Program-made: the position numbers and the translations under genes
Part shown: in pieces, positions 42,931-53,274 of the stretch
Layout of the letters: each line of letters begins with the position of its first letter
How positions within the stretch are numbered: position 1 is the stretch's first letter
IMG/VR virus record: IMGVR_UViG_3300020049_008034
Span: 1 to 64,000 of that record
DNA: 64,000 nt
From: a virus
Lineage: Duplodnaviria > Caudoviricetes
Strand: one strand, 5' to 3'
The notes under the pieces: generated by a model
Database searches by the model: none
Seen by the model: only the letters and a program-made list of their open reading frames with translations
What the model was told of the DNA's origin: nothing

Positions 42931-45900
42931 TGACCGTAATAGATAGTAGCCTTGAGAAAATGTTTGTTTCTACAGTAATCAAAATTACTGTCCCCCATAA
43001 CTTTCTTCCTCTCCGAAGTCTTTCACCAGATGGGAAGTTAGGGTCATTCTGATCTCTTAAAAAAGAGCCTTTCCATACTCCATTAAAAGCTCGAAGGTCG
43101 GGTATTTTTGATGTTTGTCCCGAAGCGTAGTTTCCGTTTATTGGAACTTCAACTAAGGGTACATCCCATCGTTTGTCGGCAACGATCTGGATCTCACTGG
43201 GACTAATTTCGACTCCTTGGGTATAGTGGCATTTTAACTTAGCTTTGGTTTGGAGTCCATAGTAGGTAGCCACAGTGCCGCTTTCGTGCAAGTAAAGACC
43301 GCCTTCGTAAAAAGAAACCATTCTTTGATCTAAAGAACACATGGCTTCTGGATAGAACGAATAAAAAGAAACCCATCCTTCGTCGTACCCTGCGGTAAAA
43401 GACGAGCCAGTTGTGCCTGAAATGTAATAAGTATTATATTCACGTTGAAACCCACCGATTATTGTTGCGTTACCCTGATCCCACGCATACTGACCGAACG
43501 CCTGAAAGAAATTCACTAGACCTTTAGTGATAATATCTTGCCCCGCTCCAGCTACATACCGCCAAACCGTCCCTCGGTAGACGTCAAAAGCGTAACATGC
43601 ACCTTCGTTTACCACAACTGACTCGGGGTTCTGAGTACCCAGATCGTAACGAAGTTCGTCAGCAATTGAAAATAGATTAGACGACCTTGACAAAAGTGTT
43701 TGCCCGGATGCGTCAATCACTCTCCCTCGCGAGACATAAATAGGTTGTGTTTTGAACTCACCTATCGCCAATAGGACTCCATCAACAAAAGCTAACTTTC
43801 CTATCGTTCCGTTTTCGATTGAGCATCTTACATAGTCTGTACCTCTGAAAGACGATAGTCCGTTTAGCTCGGTATACAGCCCTGTAGCGCGAATTTTGTT
43901 CTTTTCGAATCTTTGTTGCTCATCCGGGTTTCTCACCACTACTCTACCGAAGTCCGTAAAGACGTCAGTGGAGTTCTTGTGTAGAGTATTCCTTTCGATT
44001 TGCGGGGTGATAAAGTACGGCCCTCCGCCGTTGAATGTGTTGTCGAATCTTTGAGAAACCAAAATAGCATCCCCGTAATTCTCAAGTGAAACACTCGGGG
44101 CGGTACGAAACTCTGTTCCGGGTTGGTCGATCAAAACCGTTGGACCTATCTCATAATAAACCTCCGGAGAGGTTGAGTTAGATGGCGTGTAGACCTCGCA
44201 TAAAATATAATCCGTCGTCCCTCCTAGCGTAGAGAAGTCAGGGAAATCGGCATTGAATTCTACGAAAACAGAGAACTTGTCTATTGTCGACGTCCCTGTT
44301 ACCGTAGTTAAGTTATACCCCTCAATGTCGAAATTGTAATCAGAAATATTCGCTGTCCCGGGGTCAGACCCACTCAGTGTTACCCAACTTAAAAATTGAA
44401 TGCGATCTCCTTTTCTGGGGATAAATACGTTCCCCGGCGCTTGAGCATCGAAGAATTGATTTCTCAAAGATCCTGCAATTTCTTCAGTAGGATTGAAAGC
44501 CAATCCTACGTGTGTGGCGTCACCCGCTGCATAGGTCGTGGAGGTTGCAGTATCATCAGCTCGGTCTATCTTCCAGTACGTTAATTCAAATGCGGGTGCT
44601 TGAAAGTAAACAGCTTGGTTTTGATTCTTACTCATCCCAATCCGATACTTGGTGGCCCAAATAGGGGGAGCTGAGGTGAATGAAAATTCAGGGTTGTAGC
44701 TTTGCCCTAATCTGTTAAACTGAGGGGAGTACTTTCCGATATAAGCAGGAGCTTGACGACCATAATCGTCCTCCCAAATAACCACACACTCATACAGCCC
44801 TCCCGCCTTGAATGTTTTAAAACGAGTATCTTGCGGGACAACCGGGGAGTATGGTATATAAGTTGTCGAAGTTATAGTTGCATCTACTTCTTCCACGTCC
44901 TTCCCTTCTACACATCCGGACCAGACCATGATTGGATTTCCGTTCTCATCATAGACGGTCTCGCAAGACATGGCGATTTCAGGGCAGAAGTCGTAGTTTT
45001 TCAACGCCTGCGTGTCAGCATCGGATGCTTCATCAGATGCGATGGCAGGATAAGACCGGTCGTTATAAAAGTATATCTGATCTATTTTGTCAACATCATA
45101 CCGGTCTACATATCTCCAGATTCCATTCTCAGAAGTCCTCATTCCGACTTCAATAGCCCGGATGAAGTGACGATCTGTATTTAATTTAGGGTCTATTAGA
45201 TTAATTCTAATCCTGTCATATAGTCTCGTGTTAGAGCTGTCTGCCGCAAAATTTGTCGGATTAAAAGACGCCGGCCCCCATGCACTCTTTTCTCCGTCGT
45301 CAAATACATATCGGTAGCGGAACTGGAAAGAGAACCCAAAACATTTATTATTATCCTGTCCACTCTGTTCGTAATAAGGATACGGCTCAAATGGGGTTGG
45401 TTTTATGAGGTTTAGGTTTACATTTAAAGGGTAGTGGTTAAGGGGGTAGAAGAATGTATTGCTATTTACAATATCAATAATTCGAGTATTTGCATCTTCT
45501 ATTCGAATATTCGTGTAGGTTGGAGACGTAACTACTCCGGTAATACCGTATCCGCTTAATGCAGAAATTAAATCAGCAACAACAGTCGCTCTTGCGGTGG
45601 CTGGTGCGGCTACGTAAAGCGGATTAGCGGACTGTAGTGTTCCATCCGGGGTTCGAATGACTAAGGTAAAAAGCCCACCTGCTACGTAAGCTGCTTCAGG
45701 CAGATCTAATTGATAGGTAAGGGTTTTGTTTCGAGATGCCTTTGTGATATTAAATTTCCTTGGCGGATTCCCTTCTCCGTCTTTCCCGTCCGTAAAATAA
45801 CACAAATTGTTTACAAACTTACAGGAATGGATACGTTGATCAAACAGTCCTGTTCCAAAAATTAGAGTTTCAATTACCCCATCTTTGTAGCGACAAATCC

Positions 45901-46135
45901 TATCTTCATCCCCCTTTATGAAATAAATTACTGAGTTTTCTTGCCTGTTTTCAAACGCGCCGATACACTCCGCATTGGCCGGAAGATCATATTCGACAAG
46001 CGTATTCCCTTCAGCCACGGTGATCACCCCACGCTCTGCTCCCACTCCGTTGCGGATATTCATCGCGTCTAGGTAATCACCCTCTTTGACTAAGTGAACG
46101 TTGGTGTCTTGATCGAGTCTTCCAGTGAAAATCAT
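42908..46135 (-). CDS. Tail nozzle / stabilization protein (1075 aa)
   Basis: LDQD....VKEGDYLDAMNIR N-terminus and W.F...YVLAIGE/WVSFYSFYPE pattern typical of Bacteroidota podovirus tail proteins. Confidence 0.7.
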   Translation of the reverse strand: MIFTGRLDQDTNVHLVKEGDYLDAMNIRNGVGAERGVITVAEGNTLVEYDLPANAECIGAFENRQENSVIYFIKGDEDRICRYKDGVIETLIFGTGLFDQRIHSCKFVNNLCYFTDGKDGEGNPPRKFNITKASRNKTLTYQLDLPEAAYVAGGLFTLVIRTPDGTLQSANPLYVAAPATARATVVADLISALSGYGITGVVTSPTYTNIRIEDANTRIIDIVNSNTFFYPLNHYPLNVNLNLIKPTPFEPYPYYEQSGQDNNKCFGFSFQFRYRYVFDDGEKSAWGPASFNPTNFAADSSNTRLYDRIRINLIDPKLNTDRHFIRAIEVGMRTSENGIWRYVDRYDVDKIDQIYFYNDRSYPAIASDEASDADTQALKNYDFCPEIAMSCETVYDENGNPIMVWSGCVEGKDVEEVDATITSTTYIPYSPVVPQDTRFKTFKAGGLYECVVIWEDDYGRQAPAYIGKYSPQFNRLGQSYNPEFSFTSAPPIWATKYRIGMSKNQNQAVYFQAPAFELTYWKIDRADDTATSTTYAAGDATHVGLAFNPTEEIAGSLRNQFFDAQAPGNVFIPRKGDRIQFLSWVTLSGSDPGTANISDYNFDIEGYNLTTVTGTSTIDKFSVFVEFNADFPDFSTLGGTTDYILCEVYTPSNSTSPEVYYEIGPTVLIDQPGTEFRTAPSVSLENYGDAILVSQRFDNTFNGGGPYFITPQIERNTLHKNSTDVFTDFGRVVVRNPDEQQRFEKNKIRATGLYTELNGLSSFRGTDYVRCSIENGTIGKLAFVDGVLLAIGEFKTQPIYVSRGRVIDASGQTLLSRSSNLFSIADELRYDLGTQNPESVVVNEGACYAFDVYRGTVWRYVAGAGQDIITKGLVNFFQAFGQYAWDQGNATIIGGFQREYNTYYISGTTGSSFTAGYDEGWVSFYSFYPEAMCSLDQRMVSFYEGGLYLHESGTVATYYGLQTKAKLKCHYTQGVEISPSEIQIVADKRWDVPLVEVPINGNYASGQTSKIPDLRAFNGVWKGSFLRDQNDPNFPSGERLRRGRKLWGTVILITVETNIFSRLLSITVNAVRKSN

Positions 46136-46872
46136 CGTGGGCGGCTTGAGTATGCTGAGGTAATAGCGTCTACGTAATCTTCGTATGGGAGCTTTTGGAC
46201 GTCACGCTTGAAGCGACGATAGTTATCCGCAAATCTACGCTCAAACATTTGACTCTTACTGGGGTCGGCATTCTCCCAAAAATACATTAAAGCCCGAGCT
46301 TCAACTACAGGAGCAATGTTCATGGTAAAATGTTCGTATCCTTGATCCGTTGACTTGTACTTAACAGCCACGTAATCCCCGGCTGCTACACAGTAACCAG
46401 ATAGCAGATAGAGTTTATTAAGAGCTTCGTCGTAATCATACAAACCGAAAAATCGACTTTGCTCAGCCCCGTAAATCTCCCCGTAGTAATAAGGATAGTA
46501 AGAGTACTCAATACCATAATGATATACAGTGTTAGAAACCACCGTATCGGTATACTGAGCGCAGTTTAACGGCTTTTTAATATCTACCAACATGGAGTTC
46601 TTTTCCCTGCCTAACGGATAGCAGTACGGTTCTCCGTTGATAAAAAATGTCTTGGCGGCGGAGAACACCGATAAACAATCCCCAGGTAGTTGAATTGTAA
46701 GCAAATCAGAAACAGTGCCGACATAAACTCCTGTTTTGTGGTTTCCGCCAAATTGAAACAGCTCGTCCGCTGCCCGGGTGATACACCGGGACAGCGGAAC
46801 GTAAGCGTCGGGATTAGACATCGTTGCCATTAAATCCCGAATCATTTCGTCAAAAGTCTTTACTCGTCTCAA
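46132..46872 (-). CDS. Tail ring / adaptor-type structural protein
   Basis: Position in the virion block. Confidence 0.55.
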   Translation of the reverse strand: MRRVKTFDEMIRDLMATMSNPDAYVPLSRCITRAADELFQFGGNHKTGVYVGTVSDLLTIQLPGDCLSVFSAAKTFFINGEPYCYPLGREKNSMLVDIKKPLNCAQYTDTVVSNTVYHYGIEYSYYPYYYGEIYGAEQSRFFGLYDYDEALNKLYLLSGYCVAAGDYVAVKYKSTDQGYEHFTMNIAPVVEARALMYFWENADPSKSQMFERRFADNYRRFKRDVQKLPYEDYVDAITSAYSSRPR

Positions 46873-47522
46873 CTGACAGCTTTTAGGGTAACTGATCCCA
46901 AGGTTGCTCCTGATCCAGCCGTGGTGACTTTGGCCCGGAGGAATGGGAATTGTGTGTCATTCACTTTGATCGTAACAGTGCTAGAGGCGACAGAAGTCAG
47001 CGCAGCAGTAAGTGCTACCCAATTTGAGTTGTCTTCCGATCCCTCAATCATGAACTGTGGAGCCGTAGTAGTGATCGCACCCATGGTAACGCTCAGTACG
47101 GCACTTCTTGCATCAAAGCCCGGAAGAGTTGAAGTTACAGAGTTCAGGGTATTTACAGTAAGTGCGCGGTCTGTGATTTGAGTCACGAGAACTTCTGCGT
47201 CGGAAACAACGTCACGAGTGACGGAGCGAGTAAAGGTTGGAGTGTCGGTTCCACCTACGGTTTGTACGTATCGAATCAAACTACCCCGAAGCGGAATGGT
47301 ATGAGATCGGTACGTGCCTGCGGCGGTAATACGGGGGAACGAATAAATTCGTGTCCATGTAACACCCTTGTCATCAGACGATTCGACGTGTACGTCAAGG
47401 GTTTCGTTTGTTCCAGACGCCGCTGTTACCTGAACAGCCACTTGAAAGGCTGGGCGAAGCGGGGCCGCAAATGCACGGCTGGTCTGGGTCGCGGTCAAGT
47501 CCGCTGCATGAATGTCTACCAT
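46869..47522 (-). CDS. Structural protein with two beta-rich repeats
   Basis: VESSDDKGVTW and IEGSEDNSNW repeated halves, Thr-rich. Confidence 0.6.
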   Translation of the reverse strand: MVDIHAADLTATQTSRAFAAPLRPAFQVAVQVTAASGTNETLDVHVESSDDKGVTWTRIYSFPRITAAGTYRSHTIPLRGSLIRYVQTVGGTDTPTFTRSVTRDVVSDAEVLVTQITDRALTVNTLNSVTSTLPGFDARSAVLSVTMGAITTTAPQFMIEGSEDNSNWVALTAALTSVASSTVTIKVNDTQFPFLRAKVTTAGSGATLGSVTLKAVS

Positions 47523-47546
47523 TTTGATATAGTTTTATTCGTTAGA

Positions 47547-48155
47547 TCACCCTTGTTGTTCTTTAACGTCGTGATCGTTAGTTCGGTAATCCGTTGGGTT
47601 CCCACGTTGTTTTTCAAAGTGAGTACACAATAAATCTATGACCTTTGCTTCTCCTCCATCCGGGAATGGTATGTCATCGTCGTCTTCGAATCCGCTTGGA
47701 TCGAGTTGATATGTGACTCGGAGTTCGCAATTTAATTCTTGATTAAAAATATACACCCTCCGCCCTTCAGTCCAAAAGATTGGGAACTTCAAAGGGGAGG
47801 ACTGTACGTCGGAAGCAGATCGAACTTTCACGTACTCTGGCCCAGATTTACTTGCTACCCGAGCTACCCAATTGCCAGTGTCATTTGCTGCTACGGGCTC
47901 CATATAATAATATGGATCGCCCTGAGTTGGCGTTATGAGCGTGCTGGTAAAAGTAGCAAGGTTTTGGATCACCCCCGGGCCTTGGATTCTGAATTCCTTT
48001 ATGTTCTGTTGCCTTGTTGGGTCTTGTGAAATCACAAAACTAAACACGGCAGGGAACATAGCATCTATATCCTCACGCCTGACAACAATATCAGTCGAGA
48101 GCTTACCGCCAGAAACCCTTAGCAGTACAAGTTCGATCAGTTGAGCCTTGGTCAC
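47547..48155 (-). CDS. Tail ring / adaptor-type structural protein
   Basis: Position; MTKAQLIELVLLRVSGG start. Confidence 0.55.
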   Translation of the reverse strand: MTKAQLIELVLLRVSGGKLSTDIVVRREDIDAMFPAVFSFVISQDPTRQQNIKEFRIQGPGVIQNLATFTSTLITPTQGDPYYYMEPVAANDTGNWVARVASKSGPEYVKVRSASDVQSSPLKFPIFWTEGRRVYIFNQELNCELRVTYQLDPSGFEDDDDIPFPDGGEAKVIDLLCTHFEKQRGNPTDYRTNDHDVKEQQG

Positions 48156-48478
48156 TTATCTTCGTACTTATTAACCTCAGTCTTGAATACGCCACCACCT
48201 TTAGCCCGGTTAGGCAGCCAGTCATCCAGTTTTTGAATGAATCGAGTAAGGGGAGCGAGGTTCTTTTCAGATACGAAAATCCGAAGGAATACTTCGAGAG
48301 CTCCAAGCATACCGATAAACAAACCAAGAACTTCGTCCCAGTTGTTTACACCCCATGCAATAATTGCTACAAGGAATTTAGCCAAGTCCTTCTCCCATTG
48401 CGGAATAGGCTGAGGACCTTGAGCAAGCAAGAAGCTGGCAGATAGAATAAAAATAGAAAAAAGAAGGATTTTTTTCAT
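48152..48478 (-). CDS. Membrane protein with signal peptide (holin candidate)
   Basis: Signal-like N-terminus ending LLA-Q plus two TM helices. Confidence 0.55.
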   Translation of the reverse strand: MKKILLFSIFILSASFLLAQGPQPIPQWEKDLAKFLVAIIAWGVNNWDEVLGLFIGMLGALEVFLRIFVSEKNLAPLTRFIQKLDDWLPNRAKGGGVFKTEVNKYEDK

Positions 48479-49191
48479 TGTTGTCGAGTTAGGTAGTCTC
48501 TATTTTTAGAGGGGATAAAAGCATTTTTAGTTTGTACCCAATTTATCAGATCAGGCATTGATGTCGTTACTGCTGCGTAGTAAAGTGTCAGGTCTAAAAC
48601 AATTGATTTGTCGGTGGCGTTCCATTCCAAATCCACTGTTCCGGTTGGGTTGTACGCCTCATCATCTCCGCTATAGGTTACTTTGCGCTCTGCGTCAACC
48701 GGGTTTCGGAAGTACTTTAGGAGGATTTGAATATTCTTCACTGGGTAGAGAGTGAAGTTAGTGTCAAATACATACCCGAATGTTTTTGTCGTTGGTTTTC
48801 GGATGACAGATGTCATCGTTAATCCGAGATTTTCAATTGGGTATACTGGCCGGTATTCTGTTACACCCGTAGGGAGAACAAAAGGGACTGCGACTTCTCG
48901 GAGTGCTGCGAAATTTGCTGGTTTTGTGTATACTCCTGAAGATTTAGTAATCAGGGTTTCTTCTTTAAACGGGTCGAGCGAGGTGTCGGTATAACGGTCT
49001 ACATTTGAGTCCTCAAGCAAGAAGGAGAACAAATGCGCCTGAGCTTGATTTACAGCCCGGTTGAACTCATCATTGCTTAAGTACCCGCCTTGATAGGTGC
49101 GGGTGATGTCTTGAACCTCATTGTAAAGCACATTTACTCCGATCACATCAGTGGTATTTGCATGTAAAATGAAGGTGTAAGTGCAGCCCAA
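48475..49191 (-). CDS. Tail ring / head-tail connector protein (start uncertain)
   Basis: YQGGYLSNDEFNRAVNQAQ..F pattern of podovirus ring proteins; true start probably near 49146. Confidence 0.6.
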   Translation of the reverse strand: MGCTYTFILHANTTDVIGVNVLYNEVQDITRTYQGGYLSNDEFNRAVNQAQAHLFSFLLEDSNVDRYTDTSLDPFKEETLITKSSGVYTKPANFAALREVAVPFVLPTGVTEYRPVYPIENLGLTMTSVIRKPTTKTFGYVFDTNFTLYPVKNIQILLKYFRNPVDAERKVTYSGDDEAYNPTGTVDLEWNATDKSIVLDLTLYYAAVTTSMPDLINWVQTKNAFIPSKNRDYLTRQQ

Positions 49192-50843
49192 GATGGGTAT
49201 GCAACCGGGTCTGAGTTATACAGAGCCAGTCCGCCTTGTGTTTCGGCGTATCCAATTTGCTCAAATTCATCGCTTCCAGTGGTTGCGAATATCGGGGCTT
49301 TTACGCCGCTTGTAAGCGTCACTCCAAGGTCATCAAGGAACGTATCCACAGTAATGAGATCAATCGCTCCTCCTCCAGTCACAACCGCATTGCAGGTGAA
49401 AGATCCCTTAATGTAGAAGAAGTTTGAGTCCTTCGACCAAGACAAGTTAATGTTAGGATTGCCCGAAATCTGAGCATTCGTAAACGGTGTGAATGTTCTT
49501 TCAAACGAATAGGCCAAGGTTGTAAGAACGCCTTCCCATGGAATCTTACCGGATATAATCCGACTTGGGTTTCCGGCGAGTGCTACATCCGCGTACATCA
49601 CCCAAGTTGTTGACTGCTTACAGAATGATCCTACTGTTCGGTACGAGTCTGAATATACAGGGATAGGTGCTTCTAAGACGACGTTTCCGGGGTCAAAAGT
49701 ACTGAGTAAAACAATAAACGGTGACACTGGATCAGATGCAGCAACTCTAACAAATTTGCCTGCGAACTGAAGTCCGTCTCGTGTTACTCGATACCGTAAA
49801 GGATCATCGGTGTCTGATTCAAAATCTGGGTCAAAATCGGCGGCTGGTACGTTGGTCCAGTTTCCAACCGGATTTAGGGTGTTCAGGAAATCTTCCTCTG
49901 ATCCACTGTTGCCTTCTCCTAACCAAATCTCATAGGCACTCTGTCCTGAGAGATAAACTGTATTATTAACTGGGATGGTAGTTGAAACTGTACAATTACA
50001 AGTCCCAACCAGTCCTTCAATTTTTTCACGATAGTAGTTAACTTTATCTGCATCCCGACAGGCGTCAGCATTATTGTACATCCCCAAGTAAAGTTGGAGC
50101 TGTTGGTAAAGCTCCTTTGTGCCTGTAGGGAGAGAAGAAAACCCGCCTGAAATACAGGCTTGGTTGTCGATCTCCAACAGTTTAGTGTGAACGCAGTCCA
50201 AAAGACCACAACTGTCATACTTGACAGTAACCTCAACGTCATCTGCTGTGTATTCATAGACGCCGCCGAAATCCCAATCACCCGTTATGGTGGAAGTTTC
50301 GAGCTCAGCGGATGGCCTAACTCGGTAGGTAACGTTGTTGTAAGCAACGCCAGTCGACCGGATCATAGTAATCGATCCGGTCGCGGCGGTGATTGATGTG
50401 TCTGCTACATTTGTCTCTCCCGTTATACGGGGAGACACGACAACAAAATCGCGTGTAACAGTACCCGTGGGGTAATCGGTTGTGTCTTCCACTACCAGCC
50501 TCTTAATAAAGGGGTCGGCGTAGGCTTCAATCAACAAGTCTCCAGAGAGATCTTGGAAGTTGAAGGTTTTAGTTTCACTGAATTCGACTCCGGAATCATC
50601 CGGGTCGTTGGCGGTAATGACAAAAGAGTAGGTTCCATACAGATAGGCGTCGTCAGAATCTGTTGGGATTGGGACAGAGAATGTAGCCGTTGCTCCAGTG
50701 ATGTTCGAGATCCCGGAGATAGCTCCTGCTGGGCCAGTGATTGCCAAGGTATTGACCGTGGACGCGCCCAATTCGTTCTCAACCGAAACGATAATATTAT
50801 CCTGACTTGTTCCTGTTGTATGGAACCTAACTTCAATTAGCAT
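49143..50843 (-). CDS. Structural protein (566 aa)
   Basis: Thr/Ser-rich beta domains, GQSAYEIWL..GN.GSEEDFL motif, virion block. Confidence 0.6.
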   Translation of the reverse strand: MLIEVRFHTTGTSQDNIIVSVENELGASTVNTLAITGPAGAISGISNITGATATFSVPIPTDSDDAYLYGTYSFVITANDPDDSGVEFSETKTFNFQDLSGDLLIEAYADPFIKRLVVEDTTDYPTGTVTRDFVVVSPRITGETNVADTSITAATGSITMIRSTGVAYNNVTYRVRPSAELETSTITGDWDFGGVYEYTADDVEVTVKYDSCGLLDCVHTKLLEIDNQACISGGFSSLPTGTKELYQQLQLYLGMYNNADACRDADKVNYYREKIEGLVGTCNCTVSTTIPVNNTVYLSGQSAYEIWLGEGNSGSEEDFLNTLNPVGNWTNVPAADFDPDFESDTDDPLRYRVTRDGLQFAGKFVRVAASDPVSPFIVLLSTFDPGNVVLEAPIPVYSDSYRTVGSFCKQSTTWVMYADVALAGNPSRIISGKIPWEGVLTTLAYSFERTFTPFTNAQISGNPNINLSWSKDSNFFYIKGSFTCNAVVTGGGAIDLITVDTFLDDLGVTLTSGVKAPIFATTGSDEFEQIGYAETQGGLALYNSDPVAYPSWAALTPSFYMQIPLM

Positions 50844-51697
50844 TTAGATAGAATTTCAGTGTAAATGTCAGAGTTCTTTTTAAGGAACTCAATAAGTGTT
50901 TTTTCTCGATCATTAGCCGGAGCTACTTCAAGTAATTCTTTTTTGCCGTACATCCAGCGACCAAGGCCGCCTGAGTCGGAATAAGAGATTACTTTTTTCT
51001 CCTCAGCCAAACGGACAGTTCCCCTAACTTGAGTCAATGGATCGTTCCATGCGTTTGTGAAGGATTCAACATTGGTTCGATCCAAGAGTTTTGTAAGCTC
51101 TAGTGTCGCTTGCCCATGCCCCATTGGAATGTTGGAAATCTGCTCTGTACCTACCTGAATACCTTTTGCCATCAAGACGTTGTTGGCATTAGAATAGATT
51201 AGAGTCAGGATGTCATTCCTAGATTGATCCTTTTGGTTTTGAGCCAAGGCTTTAGCCTCGAAGTCAACCATGCGCCAGCTTGGGCGTTTTTTTGAGTCAC
51301 GGAAAGGGCTTTGTTCGCAGTCAGGATGAATCATGTACAAAAGTGCCAATTCCTTTCCTTTGCCGGTGGAGGCATCTACCCGAACCGTCATCTGGTTACG
51401 GAAAACCGTAAGCCTTTGCCCGATGTAGTTATACTCTCCTTTTTTCCCATTTCGCTTATCGAAATAATTGATGGTTACTGGGTTGTCGCCAACATAACCG
51501 GAAACCGAAAAACGTCGAGAAATAAGGAATACTTTACGGGCTTGATCATCACGGCCTTTGCCTTTTTTCTTTTCCGCAAGCTCAAAGCTCACCACCCCTT
51601 TGGGTAGCGTGATTCCTAATAATTTTGCAAGATCGTCAACTTTTATGACCTCTTGCTCTACAAGCGACTTGTTGCGCTCTCCTGAATAATCTAGCAT
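50837..51697 (-). CDS. Hypothetical protein after the capsid gene
   Basis: ORF track. Confidence 0.7.
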   Translation of the reverse strand: MLDYSGERNKSLVEQEVIKVDDLAKLLGITLPKGVVSFELAEKKKGKGRDDQARKVFLISRRFSVSGYVGDNPVTINYFDKRNGKKGEYNYIGQRLTVFRNQMTVRVDASTGKGKELALLYMIHPDCEQSPFRDSKKRPSWRMVDFEAKALAQNQKDQSRNDILTLIYSNANNVLMAKGIQVGTEQISNIPMGHGQATLELTKLLDRTNVESFTNAWNDPLTQVRGTVRLAEEKKVISYSDSGGLGRWMYGKKELLEVAPANDREKTLIEFLKKNSDIYTEILSKC

Positions 51698-51746
51698 AGA
51701 TTTTGTTTTTAAAGGGGTGAGGATTGGGAGTCCTCACCCCTCTCAG

Positions 51747-53273
51747 TTATACTGGTTTCATCATCGTCAGTGCGTTTCCGCACGCGATATGTGCGGCTCC
51801 TTCATGGAGCCAAAAACGCTGCATCGAGTCGTATTGGGTTACGGGTTTTCCGAATGGAGTATTACCGCCAACGCCTGCGCCAGGGAGGATATCTGTTACA
51901 ACTTCACGAGAATAGCCATTCAGGGCTTTGTACTCATATCCGATTGCACTCTTCTTCTCACCGGTTCCTTTGTCGGTGTACCACTGGTATGGAGCCCATA
52001 CGCCCCACTTGCGGTGCTCGTATCCACTGCCGCCAGCCAATTGAATGTCAGAGAATTCTCCGAGGTTCTTAAGGTGGAATGTGAAACCTTTGGTTTCAAT
52101 GGCACGATACTGAAACGACAGTGTGATGTCTGCTTGCTTGTAATCTTGTTTAGGGATTGCGGCGGCAGAGGTGAATCCACGCATATCGTCTGACATGATT
52201 CGGTCAAGGTTCTTAGTGTAGTTGCCATCAAGAACCGCTGTGTAGGCGTTTTCGATGTCCGATCCAAGGTCTGGGCCGATAAAGCCGAGGATGTCGGCGC
52301 TATCGCAGCATCGGTTATCCAGGTAGACATCGGCCAAAGCCTGCAAATCTGTGGTAGCAAAAGCACCGGAAGAGTAGTCTACGTCATTACCACCGCTTTC
52401 TGCGAACTCAAGAAATCCTTCAGTTCCAGTTGTGGTCATGTCGATGGAGTTCAGGTCGGTGTTTACGAAGGAGTAGGTTCCTTGTTGTCCGAATAGATAC
52501 ATGTTGCTCATCCGGGCTTCGAAACGCCGTGCGGCATTCCAGTCCATTGAAACAACAATACTCTGACCGGGACCAGCGCCGGGCTGAGAATGGTAAACTG
52601 CGTTGGTCAATTCAGAACCAGTGATTTTGGTCGCTTCCTTAACGATACCAAACGTGTTGGTGTATTTGAAGAATCGAGGCAAAACTGGCTCAGGGAGACC
52701 AGAGCCTTCAGCCCAGTCATTGTGAGTGATTGCGTAAGACTCAGTAGCGACTACCAAAGAAGCGAGATCTACATCTGCTTGAGGGGTTAGCGTGAGGCGG
52801 TGTGGGTTGGTCGTTACGTTCTTTGCGGTGATCTTACAAGTCGTGCCATCATGCAAAAGAACGATGTCATTTACCCGTGGGTAAGAAGTTGGCCGTGCCG
52901 AGCTAGACACAGTGGCTCCAGAGGAGTACATGTCAGTTGCATCGATTGCAACGATTACGTTTGTGCCGGCGCCAGAAGAAGCGGTAACAATCGAGCTGAC
53001 GGTAAACGTCTGCTCGTCCCAAGGCATTTCGTAGTGGCCGATGGTTGGGTTTGACACACCCCGGCTGTAGCCTAGTGTCTTAAGGAACCACCGAAAACCC
53101 ATATACGACATATGTCGCATGAATAAGTCGGTAGACTCCGCAATGGGGCGAGCGTAATCATCATAGATTTCGCTCTGGCTGGCTGCTCCGCCAGCGGGGT
53201 TGTAAAGGTTGGGATTGGCATTGCCTGTCCCGGCTTCGGGATTATCATAAATCCCTGAATTAACATATGGCAT
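51747..53273 (-). CDS. Major capsid protein
   Basis: Follows portal and scaffold; WAEGS...FFKYTNTFGIVKE..ITGSE; TEGF pattern; 508 aa. Confidence 0.8.
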   Translation of the reverse strand: MPYVNSGIYDNPEAGTGNANPNLYNPAGGAASQSEIYDDYARPIAESTDLFMRHMSYMGFRWFLKTLGYSRGVSNPTIGHYEMPWDEQTFTVSSIVTASSGAGTNVIVAIDATDMYSSGATVSSSARPTSYPRVNDIVLLHDGTTCKITAKNVTTNPHRLTLTPQADVDLASLVVATESYAITHNDWAEGSGLPEPVLPRFFKYTNTFGIVKEATKITGSELTNAVYHSQPGAGPGQSIVVSMDWNAARRFEARMSNMYLFGQQGTYSFVNTDLNSIDMTTTGTEGFLEFAESGGNDVDYSSGAFATTDLQALADVYLDNRCCDSADILGFIGPDLGSDIENAYTAVLDGNYTKNLDRIMSDDMRGFTSAAAIPKQDYKQADITLSFQYRAIETKGFTFHLKNLGEFSDIQLAGGSGYEHRKWGVWAPYQWYTDKGTGEKKSAIGYEYKALNGYSREVVTDILPGAGVGGNTPFGKPVTQYDSMQRFWLHEGAAHIACGNALTMMKPV

Positions 53274-53274
53274 G